A stretch of DNA of 64,000 nt from Lama guanicoe. Lineage: Eukaryota. The notes under the pieces are model-generated. The model was given only the letters and a program-made list of their open reading frames with translations, was not told where the DNA came from and made no database searches. This document shows positions 55,943-64,000 of this stretch, in pieces; within the stretch, counting starts at the first letter, position 1, and each line of letters begins with the position of its first letter. Made by a program: the position numbers and the translations under genes. The stretch is taken from contig MU054338.1 of assembly GCA_013239625.1 (NCBI GenBank), positions 870,001 to 934,000 of the forward strand. Direction: 5' to 3'.

Positions 55943-58300
55943 CTGCAAGGACAGTGCAGGTCAGGCCCCCTGCCCCTGGTAGCACATCTGGACCCTCCAC
56001 CCCAAGCTGCTTATTTATCAGGTGGCCGCCACGCACCGGGCCCTGCCCAGCCTGTGGACACAGCCTGCTAATGCCCCCACAGGCAGGCACGATGACCCCA
56101 AGGCCACTCCATTCCCATCTGCTTTCATGTGGGATCTGCTTCAGGTTTTATCTGAGGAATTCTGCTGAAAATAGGAAAAGCCCAAGCTTATAACCACGAG
56201 GATAGCTAAGGTTTGCACGTAAGCACGTCATGCAGTTTACAGCAACTCAACCTGAGACAGTCATGGGACCAAGGGAGGTGTGAGCTGTTGATGAGGCAAG
56301 CAAGGCACAGAGAGGGCAAGTCTTTGCCCTGAGACACACAGCCCACCAGACGCAGAGCCGAGGCAAGGGGCTCCAAGACCACCACACACCACACTTAGGT
56401 CTCGCAATGGGCAGGGTCCAGGACAGCCCCAACGGTCCCACCCCCTCGTACAGCCACCCCACTTAGAGTGTCCGCAGGACCAGTCACTCGCCTCTAGTGA
56501 ACCACACACGGGGAGAGCATGGGATGTCACTTCCGAGACAGGGTTATAAAGACTGTGGCTCCATCCTGGGCACTCTTCCTCGCTCCATCTGCTCTGAGGG
56601 GAGCCAGCTGCCCTACAGAGGGGCCCTCCTGGCAAGAGAAATGAGGGTGGCCCCCTATCCACAACCACAGGTGTGAGCTTGGAAACAGTCCCCAGTCAAG
56701 CCTTCAGATGAGACCCTGAGCAGAGGATCCAGCTCAGCTGTGTCCGAATTCCTGACCCACAGAAACAGATACTGAATGTAAAGCCAAGAAGTTTGGCAGG
56801 CTGTTCTTTACACAGCGAGAGGCAGCTCTTACAGGTTCCATTGCTGGCCTGTGTAGGGTCAGTTTGTACATGGGTGCCCTCCTCACTGGGTCACAGTAAA
56901 CCGTGTGCCTGGGGTGGGGGTGGGGGGGGGCTGAAGGCTTGTGCTTCCATAGGACCAACAACCCCCGCCCCCTGCGAAGAGGCCCACACAATTCAGTTTT
57001 GCGCCTGGTGGGGTCAGGGGTCACTGATGCTTTTGGAACAGGCTCTGGGGTGGGTGTGGTGAACAGAAAGGGAATTTTTCCTCCCACAGGTCAATAGCTT
57101 TGAGAGCTATTAATGTCAGAGGAGCCTCCCTCATGGAGGCCCCATCATCCTAGCCTCCTGCCTTGGGGCCCTGTTGACCGGCACAGGGAGGAAAGCAGCC
57201 ATGAACCTGACCTCCCTGGGGTGCCGAGGAAGGATGCAGAGAACGGTGATGCTGACAGTCCCTTGTGCAAGGACCATTCCTCCCCTTTCTCCCAGGGAGC
57301 GGGCTGACACGCAGGGTGCCCAGCTGCTGAGCTGCGGTCCGAGACACAGCCCCACAGTGCCTCCTGGGCATGAGTCCTACTTCCTGGGCCCTGCAAGCCA
57401 GTGGCGAGTGGGACAGGGCTGCACCCCAGCCTTGATTATTTGACATCAGCCTCGTAGGGTGGGTCACATCGGTTTACTTTTCCTTGTCCACGAACTAGAA
57501 TGTCAGCCACAAAGGTTCCTTTTATCTCTGTGTTTCTGGCACCCAGTTCAGTGCTAGGTGCTCACCCACGCTAGGTGCTCAGTGAGTGCTTGCCAACTGA
57601 CTAAACCCTGGATGAGGGTGTCCGCTGCTCTGACCAGTACGCATGGGAGCGGACCAGCAGCGCCCGAGGGCTTCCGAGCCAGGGCGGGAGGGGCTGCAGG
57701 GGCCGCTGGTGGTCCCACCCGAAGCCAGGGACGGCCGCCTTCGTCCGGGGCCAGTGTCGCCCCAGCTGTAAAGCGCCACTGTCACTGTTCACCTGAAGGT
57801 CCCTAGCAGCGCCACTGTCCAAGGGCAGCCCCTACCCGTCATCTCCCTGTCGGGGCTTGGGGGCACGACTGCCGAGTATAGGCCCCTGTTAACTAGCTCT
57901 CCGCGCGGCGTGGGCACCCCCATCCCGGCTGCCGCGTGGAGTCTCCCGAATCCCACCCGCCTCCCACGGGGAACGCAGGGACAGGTGCAGCCGCTGGCTT
58001 CACAACAACGTCAGACAAACGCAAAGGCAGTGAGCGTACAGGGTCAGTTTCCAGACCCCAAGAGCTGAGCGCGGGGCGCGGGCCGGGTGGGCACCTCCCG
58101 AGTGGGCACCATCGCGGCCGCCAGGGCGAGCGGCTCCGCCTCGGGGTCGGGAGCCCGCCACGCGCGTGTGCGTGAGGGAGACCGCGCTGCCGCTCCGTGA
58201 CCCAGTGTCCCGATCTGGGGCTGGGCAGGGCAAGGGGTCCGGGTCCTCACCAGTTTCTGGCCAGCTCGCGGTAGCGCGGGCCCAGGAACCTGCTCAGCAT
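55822..58300 (-). CDS. UQCR11: Cytochrome b-c1 complex 6.4 kDa subunit, 56 aa; complement(join(55822..55942,58251..58300))
   Basis: MLSRFLGPRYRELARNWIPTAGMWGAVGTVGLVWATDWRLILDWVPYINGKFKKND*; 171 nt, GT-AG intron. Too short to appear in the ORF track. Confidence 0.96.
56455..56830 (+). mobile_element. MaLR LTR (MLT1E/F-like)
   Basis: GTCACTTCCGAG...GAATTCCTGACCCACAGAAAC. Confidence 0.55.
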
Positions 58301-58570
58301 CGCGGCGCCGTCCCAGCTCAGGGTGACCCCAGCCCCGCCGGTCCGGGCGCACTGCGCAAGCGCCGACACCGCAGCGCGCAGGCCCGCCGGGAGGCCCCGC
58401 CCGGGAGGGCTGACCGTGCGAGACTCGGAGTCCGCGTCGCTGCGTGCGCAGACTCGGAAGACATTTGGAGTCGCTTCCGGGGGGGCCCGGAAGTCGTGGA
58501 TGAACGCAGGCCAGAGCGGGCGTGCCCGGGAGGTGGGGCTTACCGGCCACGTGACTCGAGGACGCTGACT
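57880..58570 (-). promoter_or_regulatory. UQCR11 CpG-island promoter with tandem ETS/GABP sites
   Basis: CGGAAG at 58455, CTTCCGG at 58474, CCGGAAGT at 58487, CACGTGAC at 58548; the pattern is typical of nuclear OXPHOS genes. Confidence 0.8.
58251..58300 (-). CDS. UQCR11: UQCR11 exon 1
   Basis: gcgATG; donor TG|gtgagg. Confidence 0.94.
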
Positions 58571-60059
58571 CCACCTCTCAGCTCCAGCAGCCGGAGGGGC
58601 CCCCTAGCTGTGCAACCTCTAGCTGCTGTTTCTGGCCCGCAACATTTGTCTGGTGAGTTTGTGTCCTGACTGCGTGTCAGAACTGTATTTACAATTAAAG
58701 AAAGTGAGGCCAAACGGGAAGGGGCTTGTCCAGAGTCGCACAGAGGGGGAGGGTGGCGATTTGAACTCCCCCTTGGAGGACTTCGGGGTTGTCACTGGAC
58801 TCGCTGTCCGCAGGACCTTGGCCAGGTGGCAGAGCTTCCCCAAACCTCGATTTGCTCATCATTAGTTGTCTGTTGCTTGGAGGACCTGTCGGAAATTTTG
58901 GGGACGTTTCGTTTGAGAGTAATTCCTCATTCCTGCCTCAAAGGGAGGCTTGGCTTCTCACACTGTCAGCATTTCGGGACCTCCTGTTAGCTGACGGACC
59001 GGGGACAGGCGGGCTCTCCTCGCTTTGTTTCTGCCGCCCGAGGCTCGCTCGGGCTCGACTTCCACAGTCACCGCCAGCGTCGAATGTTGGGTTGGAGATG
59101 AAGACTAGACACCATAGGTTTTGTCTGCCCAGCCTGGCCCGTCCTCCTGGGATCGGCTTCTCGGCACCCTCCAAGACTGCGTTTCCCAGGGGCTGCAGGT
59201 TCCTACCTGCCCCTGGCCACCCATTGGAGGTTGGTGGGAGACCACCGTCTGGGCAAGGGGGCAGGGTACTCATTGCTACCGGGTTGGACATTTTTTTTTG
59301 TCCTTTTAAGTTGCTCTGGGGGTTTTTGAGCTTGGGACCAGGGAAGACCCAAATAAGCCTCTGTCCTTGACGGAAACTTAAAAAGTGACATGTAGGGAAC
59401 CACCCTGAAGATTGTTGAGAGAGGATCCATGAGACTGAAGAAGACCTGCCTGGAAAGATGAGCAGAGGAGGGCAGCCTTGGGGCTGCAGATCCTGGATCC
59501 ATCCATTTCTGAAGCTCTGTCTCATTGCTCCTGCTTGATGCACTTTAGCTCTTGAGGCATAATACTTTTTGTTTCAAGTTACAAAAACGAAAATTGGTTT
59601 AAGAGGAAAGAAGGAAGTTTTATGGCATGTTGGATGTCTTCAGGCACAGCTGGATCCAGGAGTCTAGCAATTCATTATGAATCCCTCTCCGTCTCTCAGC
59701 AGTTCTTTCCTCTGTGCTGCCCTCACTCTCTGGTGAACTCTCTCTGAGCAGAGACCCCCAGAAACTCTGGGTTGACATTCCAGCAACCCTTGCAGGAATA
59801 TGCCCTTTCCCCAGTAATCGTAGAAAGCAGTTCTCGTGAGCCTGCTGTGGAGGCAGGACAGAGTCAGCCCCTCTCATGTGGGGATGTGAGCTGGAGTTGG
59901 GGAGGATCCCTTAAAGAGAGCTGGGTTCTGTGACCAGAAGAGATGATGGAAGAGAAGCAGAAACGGTCACCCTCCCTTGTGTCCCACTGGCCCTCTGCCC
60001 AGGTGTCCTGCGTTCCCTGTGGAATCCCTGTCTGGCCTTTTGGAAACCAAACTCCTTTT

Positions 60060-61050
60060 CTTATTTTTATTGACTTGAAAGTCATAAAAGTCATACAATT
60101 AACTATTTTAAAGTCTACAATTAAGTAGCCTTTAGTACATTCACAAGATTGTGTAACCATCACCTCTGTCTCATTTTAGAACGTTGTCATCACTGCAAAA
60201 ACAACCCCATCCCCATCATTAGTCACTCCCATCCCGCTCCCCAGCCCCTGACAGCCAGGAACCCACTCCCTGTGTCTTTGAGGACTGGCCTGTTCTGGAC
60301 GTTTCACATCCACGGACTCATACGCTGTGTGTCCTTCTGTGTCTGCTTCTCTCCCTGAGCATCGCGCTCTCAGGGTCCGTCCCCGTGGCAGCGGGTGTCA
60401 GGGCTGCTCTCCTGTTCATGGCCGAGCGACGATGCCGTGTGTGGATGGGCATGTTGTGTTTATCCATCAATTGCTGATGGAGTCTTTTTAAATTTTTAAA
60501 ACTTTATTGGGGTATATTCAACATACAAAAATGCATATATTTAAAACATACAACTTGGTATTTGGACATACGTGCACACCCGTGAAGCCATCACACTGTG
60601 GCGATTGTGAACAACTCCCCACCCTCAGGAAGTTTCTTTCTGTCCCTTTGTGACCCCCCGCCCCGCAACCATCATTTGGTCTCTGCTACTGTGAATGCGA
60701 ATGCGTTTCCTAGACTGTTTCATAGAGGGAGTCACAGAGTATCTTCTCTTTCGTGTCTGGCTTCGTCCACTCAGCAGCATTGTTTTGAGTCGTCCCAGTC
60801 ACTGGACCCGTCAGCAGTTCCTTCCTTCCACTTCTGAGTCGTGTTCTGTGGAGCAGGTGGACCTGTGTGTTTACCCACTGACGTGTTAAAGGACAGTCAG
60901 GTTGTTTCCAGGTTTGGGCCATTGGAAAGGAACCTGCAGTGAGCAGTTGTGTCCAGGTCTCTGTGTGAACTTGTGTCTTCGTGTCTCTTGGGTGGATGCC
61001 TGGGGGTGGACTGGCTGCTGGCTGGTTTGTAGGGGAGGCCTGTGTTTGAC
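60060..61050 (-). mobile_element. Two adjacent L1M 3' ends (about 60060-60480 and 60495-61050)
   Basis: TTTAGTACATTCACAAG..GTAACCATCACC; GTTGTTTCCAGGTTTGG. Confidence 0.7.
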
Positions 61051-61244
61051 TGTTGAAGAAACTGCCGAACTTTGTTATTACAATTGTTGTTGTTACTGAG
61101 GTGTAATTGACAGGCAACATTGTGCTGGTTTCAGGTGCACCGCCAAGCTCCTCCAGGGTCGCTGCACCCATCTGTGGTCCCAGCAGCAATGTGTGCGAGC
61201 TCCTGCTGCGCTGGGGTGCTCTGCAGGTTTAAAAAAGGGCACGT

Positions 61245-61660
61245 TTGCTGTTCCTTCCCCGTGGCTGCTGTGACAACTTACCAAATGCTAGGCAGCTTAC
61301 ATTGTCAGGGGTTTGTCCTCTCCCAGTTCTGGGGGCCGGAAGTCTAAAATCCAGGTGCCACACACGGCTTTGGTCCCTCCGCAGGCTCCAGGGGAGGGTC
61401 CTTCCTGCATTTTCCAGCTTTCGGGGGACACCCAGCATCCCTTGACTTGTGGCCGCCTCCCTCCTGCCTCTGCCTTCACGTGCCTTCTGTGTCTCTTCTT
61501 CTGTCTCCTGTAAGGACACTGGTCGTTGACTTGGGTCCACCCTAATCCAGGATGAACCTGAGATCCTGAATTTGATCACATCTGCAAAGACCTTGTCCCC
61601 CAAAGGAAGGGTCCCGTTCACAGGTCAGAACATGGGCCTCTTTGTTGCACCCACCCCCAC
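61245..61660 (-). mobile_element. MaLR LTR (MLT1B/C-like)
   Basis: CTAATCCAGGATGA...ATCACATCTGCAAAGACC. Confidence 0.65.
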
Positions 61661-62199
61661 CGCCGTCCAGCGGCAGCACTGAACTGTCTTGTTGGCATGT
61701 CCCTTCCCTCCCTGCCTGGCTCCACAGTCTGTCAGCCCTGGGGGGCTTGGCGGGCAGCAAGCTCTCAGAGTCACCTCCGTGGAAAGGCCAGGTCACCACT
61801 GCTGCGCACACACCCACCACCCCAGCTTCCCTGCAGCCTGCTCCCTGCCCACCTGATTTCTGTGAGCTGAGTTGGGCGGTTGATCCTTCCAGAAATGTCT
61901 GCAGAGCTGTCCTTTGCTGGGACAGAGGCAGTGCCTCACCTGTGACAATTTTGGCACCTTTAAGATATTTTAAACCCCTTTACTGAGAGAGAATTCACGC
62001 ACCATGGAGTTCATCCATTCAGTGCATTTTGGTGCATTCGTGACTTATGTTCAAAACCAGCAGGCAGCCTTTCCCCAGGAGCTGGTCAGCCTTCACATGG
62101 CTGGGAGCCCTATTCCCCCGCTGGCCCAGGGAGCTTTGCTTCCAAGAGGAGGAGGAATTGCTGTGGGCGTCAGTCCACGGCTCTGCTGGCCTCGCTCAC

Positions 62200-62545
62200 C
62201 ACCGCCGTCACACCCCACTTGACATCCCCTCAAAAGGACGCATTCGGGTCCTGACCAGCCCCCTCCCCACCTGTGAGTGGAAACGTATTTGGAAATAAGG
62301 TCTTGGCTGAGCTGAGGTCGGACTGGAGAGTCTGCGGCCCTAAGCCAATGACAGGTATCGGTGTAAGAGGGACCTGTGGACGGACATGCAGGCGGAGACT
62401 GGGGTCGTGCCCAGGCCCCGGAGCTGGAAGAGGTGGGGAGGGCCTGGGACTTCTGGACTCCAGAGATGACAGATCCCTGGGGTTTCAGGCCCCACCCTGC
62501 GCCCACCCCCACAGCTGCTGTAGCGGCCCCAGGAGAGAGACACAC
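62200..62545 (+). mobile_element. MaLR LTR (MLT1-like)
   Basis: TATTTGGAAATAAGGTCTT...GACTTCTGGACTCCAGA. Confidence 0.55.
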
Positions 62546-62659
62546 ACAGGAGGCGTGCCCATGTGCGTGCACCCCCAGCGCCGTACTTTGCCAAGTGTGC
62601 CCAGGCCACCTGGCGAGCACCCGCCTGGCCCCACTTCCATCCGTAAAGACCCGGGACAG

Positions 62660-64000
62660 CCAAGTGTTGTAAAATGCCACGTTTATTGCTACAGTGCTGT
62701 TATGTACATGACCGGTCTCCGAGCCGACTTTAAAGAGGATTATTGAAAAATCCCAAAGAATCCAGCCAGCTGTGTTGACATTTTATAAAGTCATTTTTCT
62801 TAAAAAAATTTTTTAAGTCAGTTATCCTGAGGCACTCTGAGCACGATTTCCCCAGTAATTGTGGTTCTTCCTCCCCCCAAGGCTACTTTTCCCATGCTGG
62901 GTTAATCTCACTTTATATATATATAAAACTTAAATTATGTATGTAACACACAGTTCAAAAGTCGGCAGGCCTCAGGCGCTGCAAGGCCCCTGGGCCCCTG
63001 CCCATCCGGGCCTGTGGGCAAGACCAGAAAGGGGAACTGAGGCAGGAGGGTCACCTAGAGAGTGGCCTGACCGGCCTGGGGGACAGACCCAGGGGTGAAG
63101 AGGCGGCCTCGGCCCCGCGCTGGGACGTCCCACCTGTGCTGGCCTCGGGCAGTTCCAGTCATGGGGGGTCAGGCCGACCCGTGCTTGGGGATGAGGGTGG
63201 GGGGTCTTGGGGAGATCACCCAGATGCGGGTGGGGTGCAACACAGCCAGCCTGGGGGTCCACAAGGCCTCTACTGGGGTGGGGGTAAGGAGAGGGAAGCC
63301 AAGACCCCAGCAGGCCTGACTGCACCCAGGTGACACGTAGGGTGAGCAACACCCTGGGCTTTCCCAGGCCTCCGGGGACAAGTGTGTCCCCCAACCACAA
63401 AGGACAAGAGGGGCCCTCAGGGAGGCCTGGGGGCGAGTGGCCCCCACTCCTGGTTTGCAGCTGGTAAACGCCCATTCCCAGGGCCCTTCTGGGCAGGGGG
63501 CCCTGTACCTTCTCCCTGCTCCATCCACAGCTGGACGGTCGCCTGAGGAGTGGGGGGCTCTGTGCTGGCCCCAGGCCCCAGGCCCTCCGCTGAGTTTACA
63601 GAACAGGCTCCTGGTGGGAGGAAGGAAGGAAGGACAGACAGGGTATCTGTGGGGCCCCCCCCACTGATAGTGCCGTCTGCCCACCAAGCAAGGGCGGTCC
63701 TAGTAAGTCCCGCTTTGGAGGCCCGAGACCACGGGGAGGGGGTTGGGGGAGGAGGACCCTAGGCAGTTTCACCCACCTCCCTGCCCTGCCTGAGCCCAGG
63801 GTGTCCTGCTTCCTGAGGGGGAGGGGATGGGGCAGGGAGCCCCCCACCCGGGAAAGGACCACCCACCCCTTCACAGGCAGCAACTCGAAGAGAACAAAGC
63901 CCCGAGTCTGAAGAGAACACGCGGGACAAGGCCCACAGTTCCCATTCTCTGCTTTGCGTCTGGTGCCCACGTGGGTGGGGACCGCAGGTTTCCACTGGGT
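62660..64000 (-). other. TCF3: Distal 3' UTR of a minus-strand gene entering from the right, probably TCF3 (E2A); no coding exon in the window
   Basis: Minus-strand AATAAA at 62682-62687, TGTACATA (Pumilio/CFIm-like) at 62701-62708, AU-rich block to about 62960. The identity rests on synteny only. Confidence 0.55.

Overview
GC-rich mammalian genomic DNA, not prokaryotic. The gene order matches human chr19p13.3: PLK5(+), MEX3D(-), MBD3(-), UQCR11(-), then probably the 3' UTR end of TCF3(-). Seven tRNA-Ala-derived SINEs resembling Vic-1 point to a camelid draft assembly, with two N gaps both inside MEX3D. I traced the splice structure by hand: PLK5 has 15 coding exons and an intact 601-aa frame (unlike the truncated human gene), MBD3 has 6 coding exons (291 aa), UQCR11 has 2 (56 aa), and MEX3D has 2 with its start codon lost in a gap. 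Most entries in the ORF track are GC-driven noise. The most unusual signal is non-genic. Copies of ancient repeats (L1MB-like 3' ends, MLT1D-like LTRs) spread over about 45 kb share GC-shifted blocks far more alike than their age predicts, one with a sharp-edged 76-bp perfect tract. A nearby SINE copy has drifted almost entirely A/T to G/C. Together these suggest regional GC-biased ectopic gene conversion. Other candidates: an orphan promoter near 16.2 kb, a CAGGT(G/A) array in PLK5 intron 6, a possible spliced divergent RNA upstream of MBD3, and a phase-compatible UQCR11-MBD3 read-through. Repeat family names and comparisons with human or mouse come from memory, not from a search.
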